Source of the DNA: Eubacteriales bacterium
GTDB taxonomy: Bacteria > Bacillota > Clostridia > Oscillospirales > CAG-272
Direction of reading: 5' to 3'
Length of the DNA stretch: 31,107 bases
NCBI GenBank assembly: GCA_045656725.1
Contig: JAZORS010000088.1
Location: 1 to 31,107, forward strand
This document shows, in pieces, positions 1 to 8,227 of this stretch (position 1 is its first letter; each line of letters begins with the position of its first letter). A program made the translations under genes and the position numbers. The notes beneath the pieces were generated by a model. The model searched no databases and had not been told where the DNA came from. It saw only the letters and a list, made by a program, of their open reading frames with translations.

Positions 1-225
1 AAGGTCGGGCGTTCTTATGCACTTCTGGCAGGTGCAAACGCGGTTTCTCGGCGGCACTTCCTCTCCTGTGAAAAACTTTTTCATAGGAGCCATACCCGAA
101 TTTATGAGAAGAAGCGATTTGTCGCCCTTCGGAACGAGAGAAAAGCTGGGAAGTCTGAGATGTCCCTTGCTCTCAAAGAAAGAGAGAAATTTTTCTCTTA
201 AATCGTTAAGTGATGTCCATTTCAT
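1..225 (-). CDS. alaS: Alanine--tRNA ligase, N-terminal part (runs off window start)
   Basis: Manual translation from ATG at 225: [75 protein letters not shown], the typical AlaRS N-terminus; GGAG SD upstream. Not in the supplied ORF track. Confidence 0.95.
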   Translation of the reverse strand, partial: MKWTSLNDLREKFLSFFESKGHLRLPSFSLVPKGDKSLLLINSGMAPMKKFFTGEEVPPRNRVCTCQKCIRTPDL

Positions 226-282
226 TGTATCTATCTCCAAAAATTATTTATAGAGTGAAGCTTTAAGGGTGGTTTATTCGAA

Positions 283-852
283 TCAGAAATTTATTATTCC
301 CAAGTGCTCGAGCAGTATTTTAAGTCCCATAAGAATGAGAACCGCGCCGCCCGCAAGCTCCGCCCATTTTTTATATTTTGCGCCGAAGAACGCGCCGAAT
401 TTAATACCGAGGGCGGAAAAGACGAAAGTAATTGTACCGATAAGGCCGACCGCAAGCCAGATTGAAACGTCGGGCAGGAGCGCATAAGTAACACCGACTG
501 CCAGCGCATCTATGCTCGTGGCAAGAGCCATAAGGAACATTGTTTTAACACCGAAGGATGCGCTTTCGGCATCACATTCGCCCGAAAGGGATTCCTTTAT
601 CATATTCGCTCCGATAAGACCGAGAAGCAAAAAGGCAATCCAGTGGTCAAAGCTTTCGATATACGAGGCAAAGCTCTTTCCTATAAAATATCCGATAAGG
701 GGCATCAGCGCCTGAAAGCCGCCGAACCACGCGCCCGTTACGGCCATGTGTTTCAGTTCAACCTTATCCGTTGCAAGTCCCTTGCAAACGCTTACGGCAA
801 AGGCGTCCATAGAAAGCGCGAGCGCCGCAAGTATCAATTCCCAAACCTGCAT
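283..852 (-). CDS. mntP: Manganese efflux pump MntP family
   Basis: 189 aa; two repeats [10 protein letters not shown] / [10 protein letters not shown], six hydrophobic segments. Confidence 0.92.
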   Translation of the reverse strand: MQVWELILAALALSMDAFAVSVCKGLATDKVELKHMAVTGAWFGGFQALMPLIGYFIGKSFASYIESFDHWIAFLLLGLIGANMIKESLSGECDAESASFGVKTMFLMALATSIDALAVGVTYALLPDVSIWLAVGLIGTITFVFSALGIKFGAFFGAKYKKWAELAGGAVLILMGLKILLEHLGIINF

Positions 853-891
853 AAAGGGTTCTCCTATACTTTAATGAAGTCATACCAAACT

Positions 892-920
892 ATTGTATCA
901 TAAAAATATTTATTTGTAAA
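892..920 (-). promoter_or_regulatory. sigmaA-type promoter of mntP
   Basis: TTTACA-17bp-TACAAT with extended -10 TG. Confidence 0.65.
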
Positions 921-981
921 TACCCGTGCGCGCGAATTTTAAATATTTATGCTGTGATGCGCTCGCTACCCGTGGAAATTA

Positions 982-1010
982 TTGACAGAAGCTTTTATTT
1001 CGTGTAAAAT
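982..1010 (+). promoter_or_regulatory. sigmaA-type promoter of Pr6Pr gene
   Basis: TTGACA(982-987)-17bp-TAAAAT(1005-1010). Confidence 0.75.
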
Positions 1011-1040
1011 ATAAGTGTAACTTGATTTCGGAGAGAAAAA

Positions 1041-1772
1041 ATGAAAAAAACGAGTCGGATTCTGAAAATTCTGATAATTTGCGCGGCGCTTTTCGGAATG
1101 ACGCTTGCTTTTGTTAACGCAAAAACAGACGGATATTCTCATTGGCTGACGCGGCTTTTGTATTTTACAAATCAATCGAATATATGGATTGCGGCAACGG
1201 CGGCAGGGCTTCTTGTTCTGGATTTTTCGGGAGCGAAAAAGAGCGAAAAAGCCTATCGGCTCTTTTACTCGCTGAAATTCGTTTTCACCGTGGCGATAAG
1301 CATAACCGCGCTTATATTTTTCGTTGTTTTAGCGCCCGGCGCCGCAAACGAGAATTACCGCGCCTTTACCTTGTCGAGCATAATGGTTCACGCGGTAACG
1401 CCTGCCCTGGCTATCTTGGATTTTTTTATAGAACGCGACGAGACGGTTTTTTCGCGCAAAGAGGTTTTTTATTCCGTGATACCTCCCGTTTACTATCTCG
1501 TTTTTTGCATAGTCCTTTATTTGTTTGAGGTGGATTTCGGCAGGGGCGACAATTTTCCGTATTTCTTTTTGAATTTCGGCTCGCCTGCCGGCATTTTCGG
1601 CACGTCAAGCGAAGCGCCCTACATAATCGGCTCGTTTTATTGGATGGCTTTCATTCTGTTTCTGGTGCTCGGCTTGGCCTATGTCTATTTTATTCTCCAC
1701 CCCGCAACGAGAAGGGTACGCAAAGAGGCAAAACGTGGCGGAAAACATCCGATTTCAGGCAAAACAAAATAA
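1041..1772 (+). CDS. Pr6Pr family (FAR-17a/AIG1-like) membrane protein
   Basis: 243 aa, multiple TM segments, YFTNQSNI motif and HAVTPALAILDF. Confidence 0.8.
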   Translation: MKKTSRILKILIICAALFGMTLAFVNAKTDGYSHWLTRLLYFTNQSNIWIAATAAGLLVLDFSGAKKSEKAYRLFYSLKFVFTVAISITALIFFVVLAPGAANENYRAFTLSSIMVHAVTPALAILDFFIERDETVFSRKEVFYSVIPPVYYLVFCIVLYLFEVDFGRGDNFPYFFLNFGSPAGIFGTSSEAPYIIGSFYWMAFILFLVLGLAYVYFILHPATRRVRKEAKRGGKHPISGKTK

Positions 1773-1785
1773 AAATTCAGAAAAG

Positions 1786-1835
1786 AAAAGGCGAGGATAC
1801 TGCACGGAAGCAACACCCTTGCCTTTTTCATTTTT
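1786..1835. terminator. Probable bidirectional intrinsic terminator
   Basis: AAAAGGCGAGG...CCTTGCCTTTT stem with A- and T-tracts, between convergent genes. Confidence 0.6.
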
Positions 1836-1836
1836 A

Positions 1837-2994
1837 TTAAAGAGAATCTACGTAAGATTTTAAACGGTCAAGACCGTCTTTGATAAGTGCCCTTTGCGTT
1901 GCAAGGTTGATTCTTACGAAGCATTCGCCGCCCTTGCCGTATTCCTTGCCGTCGTTTATCCAAAGCCCCGTTTTTTCTCGGAGGTCATTCGCAAACTCCT
2001 CGGAGTCGCACGAGTAAGCGGAAATATCAACCCAAAGAAGATAGCTCGCGTCCGATTTTACGGCTTTAAGCCTCGGAATATTTTTCTCTATATATTCTTC
2101 CGCAAAGGAGCGGTTTTCAAAAAGATAAACACGAAGCTCGTCAAGCCAATCTCGGCTGTCGCGGTATGCCGCGATATTTGCGTTCATTGAAAAAATATTC
2201 GGCTCGCCAACCTCGTCTGTGTTAATTCCGCGCCAAACCTTATGGCGCAGGTGTGGGTCGGCTACGTAAAGGGTTGATGCTTGAAGTCCCGCAAGATTGA
2301 ACGCCTTTGATGCCGCAACACAGCTGACGGAAATCCGCCTTGCGCACTCGCTTACGGAAGCAAAGGGCACGTAGCTTGTGCCGGGGCGCGTCAGGGGCGA
2401 ATGTATTTCGTCAGAAATGACGGTAACGCCAAATCTTTCGCAAAGCTCGGCAAGCCGAGCGAGCGTTTCCCTATCCCATATTTTTCCCACGGGGTTATGG
2501 GGATTGCAAAGAATCATAAGCGAGGTCTGCTTATCCGCGAGCTTTTCTTCAAGGTCGGAAAAGTCCATTCTGTATTCGCCGTTTTCGTAAACAAGCTCCG
2601 AGCAAACGACGTTTCTGCCGTTGTTGAGAATACAGTTGTAGAAAATATTGTAAACCGGCGACTGCACGAGAACGTTCTCGCCGGGGGTGGTAAGCTTTCT
2701 TACCATAGAGCTTATCGCGGCAACGATGCCTGAGGAATATACCATTTCCTCCGCCCGAAAGCCGGCACCGTATCTCTCGTTATAGAAAGCGGCACATTCC
2801 GAGAAAAATTCGTCGGGAATCGCCGAGTATCCGAAAACAGCATGGTTTGCAGTTTCAAGAATAGCATTCTTTATCGGGGGCGCGGCTTCAAAATCCATAT
2901 CCGCAACCCACATAGGAAGCTCGTTTTCCTTGGCACACCATTTTAAAGAGGGAGTGCCGCGCCTATCTTTCGGAGCATCAAAATTATATTTCAT
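1837..2994 (-). CDS. patB: PLP-dependent C-S lyase, MalY/PatB family
   Basis: 385 aa; LPMWVADMDF, LCNPHNPVG, SDEIH, ASKAFNLAG (PLP lysine). Confidence 0.92.
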   Translation of the reverse strand: MKYNFDAPKDRRGTPSLKWCAKENELPMWVADMDFEAAPPIKNAILETANHAVFGYSAIPDEFFSECAAFYNERYGAGFRAEEMVYSSGIVAAISSMVRKLTTPGENVLVQSPVYNIFYNCILNNGRNVVCSELVYENGEYRMDFSDLEEKLADKQTSLMILCNPHNPVGKIWDRETLARLAELCERFGVTVISDEIHSPLTRPGTSYVPFASVSECARRISVSCVAASKAFNLAGLQASTLYVADPHLRHKVWRGINTDEVGEPNIFSMNANIAAYRDSRDWLDELRVYLFENRSFAEEYIEKNIPRLKAVKSDASYLLWVDISAYSCDSEEFANDLREKTGLWINDGKEYGKGGECFVRINLATQRALIKDGLDRLKSYVDSL

Positions 2995-3003
2995 TTTTTC
3001 TCC

Positions 3004-3858
3004 CTATTCTTCCGTTATTATTTCGGTTTTTGCGGGGTCTATCAAATCACCGTCAAGAATTATCTCGCCTATGGACTTTGCCTTGATTTTACCCGATTTA
3101 GGATTTTTTACGCTGATAATGTCCGTCACAATTTCTGCATTTGCGCTTGAAAACTCAAAAGCGAGGTCTGTATTTATGACCTTGCAGTTGATAAGCTCAA
3201 CGCCCTCCATATAACAAAGGCCCTGGTTGGATTCAATCGTGCAGTTAACAAAGCGCACGTTTTTGGAATTCCAGCCGAGGTATTCGCCAACAATCGTGGA
3301 GTCGTAAACCTCAACGTTTTCCGTGTTCCAGAAAGCATCCTTCGACAGAAGCCTTGCGTTTTTGATTTTAACGTTTTTCGCTCCGTCAAAGGCGTAGTTG
3401 CCGTCAAGGGTGAAGTTTTCGGCGGTAAGGTTCTCCGAATTCATAGCGAAATAATCGCCTCTTGCCGAAACGTTTTTCATAACAACGTCGCGGCAGCTCC
3501 AAAGAGTTTCATCCGCGCGCGAGAGTGTCGTGTCCTCGAGTGTTATTCCCGATGAGCGACGAAAGGTTTTCGGCGCTTGCACCGCGCAGTTTTTTAAGGA
3601 GATGTTTTGCGTATACCAGATTCCCGAGCGAGCCGTGTCAAGCAAGCTCGAATCGGAAAGAGATACGTTTTCCGAATACCAAAGCGGATATTTCCACCTG
3701 AAAACAGACGAAAAAATTTCAAGCTCACTGCTTTCTTTAAGCGGAGATTCTCCGTTCTGAAAGACTGCGTTCACGATTTTTGCTCCGTGGGTATTATATA
3801 GGGCGCGTTCTCCTTCGAAAACGCCGCCGTCGATAAGAGTTTTCGTATTTTTCATCAC
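3004..3858 (-). CDS. DUF3737 family protein (beta-helix-like repeats)
   Basis: 284 aa; GERALY, GESPLKES, RWKYPLWY and repeated W-x-x-x-N-V/I units; ATGA overlap with upstream stop. Confidence 0.85.
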   Translation of the reverse strand: MMKNTKTLIDGGVFEGERALYNTHGAKIVNAVFQNGESPLKESSELEIFSSVFRWKYPLWYSENVSLSDSSLLDTARSGIWYTQNISLKNCAVQAPKTFRRSSGITLEDTTLSRADETLWSCRDVVMKNVSARGDYFAMNSENLTAENFTLDGNYAFDGAKNVKIKNARLLSKDAFWNTENVEVYDSTIVGEYLGWNSKNVRFVNCTIESNQGLCYMEGVELINCKVINTDLAFEFSSANAEIVTDIISVKNPKSGKIKAKSIGEIILDGDLIDPAKTEIITEE

Positions 3859-4457
3859 TGTTCTATCCTCAAAGAAAGCATTTCGGGTGTTATTCTTGCG
3901 GCTTTGTTTCCCGATACGACGAGGTGGTACAAAAGCTTTATCCCCGCCTTGTCAAAAAGGTCCTTTATAATGAGAGTCGAGGTAAAATCCTCTGCCGAAG
4001 GCGCAGGGTCGCCTGCCGGGTGGTTGTGCGCGATAATTGCCGCCAGAGCGCCCTTGCGAGTCGCTCTTTCAAGAAGCTTTATAGGAACGACGTCGGAATA
4101 ATTTGCCGTACCCTCGTTAACAAGCTCGTAGCTTATCGGGCGCATTTGCTTATCGAAGAGCATAATGCATACAACCTCAACGGGGATACCGCGGAATGAA
4201 GCTACGATAAAATCGCATATCTCGGCATCCGTGTGAGAAATTCCGAAGCGGAAGCCGTCGCAAATGCGTCTTGCCGAAAGTGCCGCCGCAAGTGAAAGGA
4301 GCCTTGCCGCCCCCTCATCGCCCGAAATTTCGGCAAGAGTATCGCGCGAAGTGGCGAAAAGGCGCTCCTTCGTTTTGATTTCTTCGGCAAGTCTTTTTGC
4401 CGCAAGCGGCTTTTTTATCAGGGAGAGCGCGTCAAGAAGCTCGTTTTCAAGGTTCAT
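3855..4457 (-). CDS. RadC-like JAB-domain protein, second shorter paralog
   Basis: 200 aa; E...HNHPAGDPAPSAED JAB motif; reduced N-terminus. Confidence 0.8.
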   Translation of the reverse strand: MNLENELLDALSLIKKPLAAKRLAEEIKTKERLFATSRDTLAEISGDEGAARLLSLAAALSARRICDGFRFGISHTDAEICDFIVASFRGIPVEVVCIMLFDKQMRPISYELVNEGTANYSDVVPIKLLERATRKGALAAIIAHNHPAGDPAPSAEDFTSTLIIKDLFDKAGIKLLYHLVVSGNKAARITPEMLSLRIEQ

Positions 4458-5223
4458 TTCCCTTTTGCGCCTCCATTTTTGATTTTATAAATTTCGCAAC
4501 CGCGCCGCCGGCTTCCCGGTCGTCAAGCTGCGAGAACGCAAGTGATAGGTTGTTCTGATAACCGACAAAGCGGTCGCCCGATACGATATAGCTTTCAACA
4601 AGCCGTATTCCCGATGCCGCAAGCGAGGCTTCAAGAAGGTGCGTTGTTTGCATATCCGCCTCTGACGGAAAAAGCGGTCCGTGCGGATGGTTGTGTCCTA
4701 TCATAGCGAGGCATGCGCCGCATTCAACGGCGGCGCTGATAAACGGTGAGGGCTTGACTCCTCCCGAACCGAGATCGAGTGAGTAAAGCTCGCGAGTGCC
4801 GAGATGGCACATATTGCCGTCAAGTAAAACGAGCGCTACCGTGTAATCGCGCTTTTCTTCCAAAAGGCGAAGAAAATATCTGCCGCAATACGAGTAGTCG
4901 TCAAAGCTCTTTTCGCCGACATCCTCCGTTTCCTTGGCAACAGCTGTGAGCCGACCGAGAGCGAGAAGAAAATCGGCGCACTTTCCGCCAATACCCTCAA
5001 CGGACATAAGCTCATCGCGGCTTGCTGAAAAGATAGCGTCAAGCGAGCCGAATCGGGAAATAAGCCGTCTTGCCGTGTGATTCGTGTTCATTTGCGGAAC
5101 TACGTGGTAAAGCGCCATTTCGAGAAGCTCGTGGGTTTCAAAAACCTTTGCTCCGTGTTCGTCGAATTTTCGGCGCATTCTTTGTCTGTGGCCCTTATGA
5201 AGATTCTCTTTTTCAGTCATCAT
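4447..5223 (-). CDS. radC: RadC family protein (HhH + JAB)
   Basis: 258 aa; HKGHRQRMR N-terminal motif, FGSLDAIF...VEGIG HhH, HNHPHGPLFPSEAD. Confidence 0.85.
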   Translation of the reverse strand: MMTEKENLHKGHRQRMRRKFDEHGAKVFETHELLEMALYHVVPQMNTNHTARRLISRFGSLDAIFSASRDELMSVEGIGGKCADFLLALGRLTAVAKETEDVGEKSFDDYSYCGRYFLRLLEEKRDYTVALVLLDGNMCHLGTRELYSLDLGSGGVKPSPFISAAVECGACLAMIGHNHPHGPLFPSEADMQTTHLLEASLAASGIRLVESYIVSGDRFVGYQNNLSLAFSQLDDREAGGAVAKFIKSKMEAQKGNEP

Positions 5224-5945
5224 TACCTTGTCTTTTGACCTTTATTGTATCTTTTTCTTTCGCGAGAAAGCTCCTCGGGAACGTCGGGGCAAAAGCCCGC
5301 GGGTTTTACAACTTCGAGCATATTGATTTTATAGCCCTGCGAGGAGAAATTCTCTTCGTATTCGGTTCTGACGTTATCTTTGTTGTATTCCGAGGCGTGC
5401 AAATCTCTCGTTACGGTAGAGGGGGTGAGTCCAAAGGACTCGATTTCTTCAAGCGTGAAATCGAAGAGCCCCGTGTTATCCGTTTTGAAGCGGAGCTTGC
5501 CGCCGTCCTTTAAAAGATTGAAGTAAACGGCAAGATATCTTCTGTGAGTCAGACGGCGCTTTGCGTATCCCTTTTTAGACCAGGGGTCAGAAAAATTAAG
5601 GAAAAGCGCATCTATCGCACCGGGAAGAAAAATATCCGTAAGGTTGTCCGCCGTATCGATAAGGAAGCGCAGATTTTTTGCGCCGCCCTCCGAAAGAGCC
5701 GCTTCCGCGCCCAGCATAACACAGTCGGTTACCTTTTCCATGGCTATATAAAAGACATCGGGGTTGCGCCTTGCCATCTCTCTTGCAAATCCGCCCTTGC
5801 CCGCGCCGATTTCAAGCCAAATGGGCGCGCCCGGCATGCCTAAATCTGCCGGCGGCTCGCCAAAGGGCTCGTTCGGGGAGGCAAGAAGAAGCTCCTTGCA
5901 TTTCAAAAGACGCTCATACCCGTGTTTCTTTTTTCTCATTCTCAT
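5223..5945 (-). CDS. trmB: tRNA (guanine-N7)-methyltransferase
   Basis: LEIGAGKG, LNFSDPWSKK...RRLTH, FKTDN, TEYEENF. Confidence 0.95.
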   Translation of the reverse strand: MRMRKKKHGYERLLKCKELLLASPNEPFGEPPADLGMPGAPIWLEIGAGKGGFAREMARRNPDVFYIAMEKVTDCVMLGAEAALSEGGAKNLRFLIDTADNLTDIFLPGAIDALFLNFSDPWSKKGYAKRRLTHRRYLAVYFNLLKDGGKLRFKTDNTGLFDFTLEEIESFGLTPSTVTRDLHASEYNKDNVRTEYEENFSSQGYKINMLEVVKPAGFCPDVPEELSRERKRYNKGQKTR

Positions 5946-5982
5946 ATAGTTAACACCTGCTTAAATGTAAATAAAAGTTAAC

Positions 5983-7581
5983 TTAATCCTCTTGACTGCG
6001 ATTGAATTCCGCAAGTTCAAGCCCGGGGTTGTCTTCAAGCACCCATCTTATCGACCATTCGCTTGTGAAAATGAGCAAATTGTTGCCCTTGTAGTCCTGC
6101 ACCCACTTGGTGTCATGCGAGAGCTTCAAGGTCTTGGGGTCGAGTCCTTCGTTCTTTATCCAGCGTATCTGCTGATAGTTAAGGTTTGAACGGCGCAAAT
6201 CACAGCCGTATTCGTTTTTGAGTCGGTATTCGAGCACCTCGAATTGAAGAACGCCGACAACTCCGACGATAACTCTTTCAAGTCCCGAATTCGGCTCGAA
6301 GAATATCTGAATCGCGCCTTCTTGGGCGATCTGGTTCATTCCCTTGGCGAACTGCTTTCTTTTCATAGAGTCCACCTGCTCGACCATTGCAAAATGCTCG
6401 GGCGCAAAGGTGGGAATTCCCTCAAATTTTATTTTTGAGCCGCGCTCGCACACGGTGTCGCCTATCGAGAAGATTCCAGGGTCGAAAACTCCGATAATAT
6501 CGCCCGCATACGCCTCGTCGATAACCTCTCTTTCCGCCGCCATCATTTGCTGTGGCTGGGAAAGGCGGAACGATTTTTGCCCTTGAACGTGATAGTAATC
6601 CTTGCCGCGCTCGAACTTTCCCGAGCAGATTCGCATAAAGGCAATTCTGTCGCGGTGCGCCTTGTTCATATTCGCCTGAATTTTGAAAACAAATGCTGAA
6701 AATCCCTCGTCAAAGGGGTCAACGGTATTTCCCTCGGCAACTCTCGGCAGGGGGGATGTCGTCATTTTAAGGAAATGAACGAGGAATGGCTCAACTCCGA
6801 AATTGTTGAGCGCAGAGCCGAAGAACACGGGCGAGAGCTTTCCGTGTCTTACTGCGTCAAGGTCAAAGTCAAAGCTTGCGCCGTCAAGAAGCTCTACCTG
6901 CTCAACCAGCTCCTCGCGCATATTCTCTCCGATAAGCGAGTCAAGCTTTTCCGTGTCGGTAATATCGCAGTCGATTCCCTTGATTCTTTCTCTGCCGCGG
7001 TGTCTGTCGTCAAAGGAAAGAATGGAATGGCTTGTTCTGTCGTAAACGCCCTTGAATCTCTGTCCGCTTCCAATCGGCCAGTTCATAGGATAAGTGCCGA
7101 TTCCGAACTCGCGTTCAAGCTCGTCAAGCAGGTCAAAGGGATCTCTTGCCTCACGGTCCATTTTATTTATAAAGGTAAAGATGGGAATATCCCTCATAGC
7201 GCAAACCTTGAAAAGCTTTCTCGTTTGCGGCTCAATACCCTTTGCGGCGTCAATTACCATAACTGCGCTGTCTGCCGCCATAAGAGTTCTGTACGTGTCC
7301 TCGGAGAAGTCCTGGTGACCGGGAGTGTCAAGAATATTTATGCAGTATCCGTCGTATTCAAACTGCAAAACGGACGAGGTTATAGAGATACCTCTTTGCT
7401 TTTCAAGCTCCATCCAGTCCGAAACCGCGTGCTTGTCCGATTGCTTTCCCTTTACCGAGCCCGCGGACTGTATTGCGCCGCCGTAGAGGAGGAATTTCTC
7501 CGTCAGGGTGGTTTTTCCCGCGTCGGGGTGAGAGATTATCGCAAATGTGCGCCGCCTTTTTATTTCCTCTTTAAAATCCAT
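5983..7581 (-). CDS. prfC: Peptide chain release factor 3
   Basis: RRTFAIISHPDAGKTT, DWMELEKQRGISI, DTPGHQDF, NKMD; start moved to ATG 7581 (GGAG SD, 532 aa). Confidence 0.96.
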   Translation of the reverse strand: MDFKEEIKRRRTFAIISHPDAGKTTLTEKFLLYGGAIQSAGSVKGKQSDKHAVSDWMELEKQRGISITSSVLQFEYDGYCINILDTPGHQDFSEDTYRTLMAADSAVMVIDAAKGIEPQTRKLFKVCAMRDIPIFTFINKMDREARDPFDLLDELEREFGIGTYPMNWPIGSGQRFKGVYDRTSHSILSFDDRHRGRERIKGIDCDITDTEKLDSLIGENMREELVEQVELLDGASFDFDLDAVRHGKLSPVFFGSALNNFGVEPFLVHFLKMTTSPLPRVAEGNTVDPFDEGFSAFVFKIQANMNKAHRDRIAFMRICSGKFERGKDYYHVQGQKSFRLSQPQQMMAAEREVIDEAYAGDIIGVFDPGIFSIGDTVCERGSKIKFEGIPTFAPEHFAMVEQVDSMKRKQFAKGMNQIAQEGAIQIFFEPNSGLERVIVGVVGVLQFEVLEYRLKNEYGCDLRRSNLNYQQIRWIKNEGLDPKTLKLSHDTKWVQDYKGNNLLIFTSEWSIRWVLEDNPGLELAEFNRSQED

Positions 7582-7587
7582 ATAGGT

Positions 7588-7654
7588 CTCCATTCTGTCG
7601 CCAAAGCGACCGCACAAATTACAGATGAATTTTCGGTATCGCTTTGCCACGATT
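7588..7654 (-). promoter_or_regulatory. Candidate 5'-leader motif, copy 1 (prfC)
   Basis: 54/68 aligned positions identical to 18700-18767; ends in the SD in both. Confidence 0.65.
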
Positions 7655-7790
7655 CGGGGTTGGGTACCAAATCGCGAAAATTCGAGGTGTGAACGCATGA
7701 AGCTCCATAGAGATAAACGTTAATTCACGCTAAAACACCTGTGTTTCCGGTATTTGAGATTAGCCCATAATACCCCATTATCAACTATTT

Positions 7791-7819
7791 ATTTTACCAT
7801 AACACACTGTTTTTGTCAA
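7791..7819 (-). promoter_or_regulatory. sigmaA promoter of prfC operon
   Basis: TTGACA-17bp-TAAAAT with extended TG. Confidence 0.8.
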
Positions 7820-7854
7820 TAATTTAGCCAGAGAAAAAGGGGCGCGAAGCAAAA

Positions 7855-8010
7855 GGTGATGTTCTTGACGGAGAATTTGAAAAGTGCCATTAAGTGTGAG
7901 TGTCGCATTTGACCGGTCAAACGCATTACGGGCTCCCAAACTCATATAACGACAGAAAGAGAGAACAAATCGGTTTGTAGCCGAAATGCCCTCTCTTTTT
8001 CTGTTGTTTT
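7855..8010 (+). repeat. Dispersed palindrome module, copy A
   Basis: Homologous to reverse complement of 28909-29072; TTTGACCGGTCAAA at 7908-7921 followed by a long hairpin. Confidence 0.8.
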
Positions 8011-8166
8011 TTAGTTTAGAGTTATGAGGTTATGCTCCACCGTTATGAGCTTGGGTAAACCCAAGCGTTATGATATGATTGCCCATCAAACATTAAACTT
8101 GGCGAAGCCAATCATAACGATACGAAGTATCTCATAACTCATAACTTGCCCTTGGGGCAATCATAG
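8011..8166. repeat. GTTATGA/TCATAAC hairpin array, copy 1
   Basis: GTTATGA at 8021, 8042, 8067; TCATAAC at 8112, 8132, 8139; interspersed mini-hairpins; homologous to 15711-15855. Confidence 0.85.
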
Positions 8167-8167
8167 T

Positions 8168-8201
8168 TTAGCGTGCTTCTCCGTTTCGAGAAGCACGCTA
8201 A
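8168..8201. terminator. Perfect 14-bp hairpin downstream of MATE gene (terminator or 3' stability element)
   Basis: TTAGCGTGCTTCTC-CGTTTC-GAGAAGCACGCTAA; no clear U-tract. Confidence 0.45.
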
Positions 8202-8227
8202 GCCGCGAGCGCCCCTATAAATATTTT

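Noticed and set aside
226-282. T-box leader for alaS
   Set aside because: Only 57 bp separate mntP and alaS, and no AAGGTGGTACC-type T-box motif is present
6775-7692. 305-aa plus-strand ORF, and similar long ORFs at 11117-12151 and 24623-25804
   Set aside because: Antisense shadows of prfC, lysS and the alpha/beta hydrolase, with no recognisable motifs or SD
5983-7698. ORF-track start for prfC (571 aa), and extended starts for greA, cdaR, rsmE, MFS and M16
   Set aside because: Downstream starts have proper SD spacing and give family-typical N-termini
8011-8166. CRISPR interpretation of the hairpin arrays (also 15711-15855 and 28691-28911)
   Set aside because: Repeat units are only 7-8 nt, spacers are self-complementary hairpins of irregular length, the arms are inverted, and no cas genes are present
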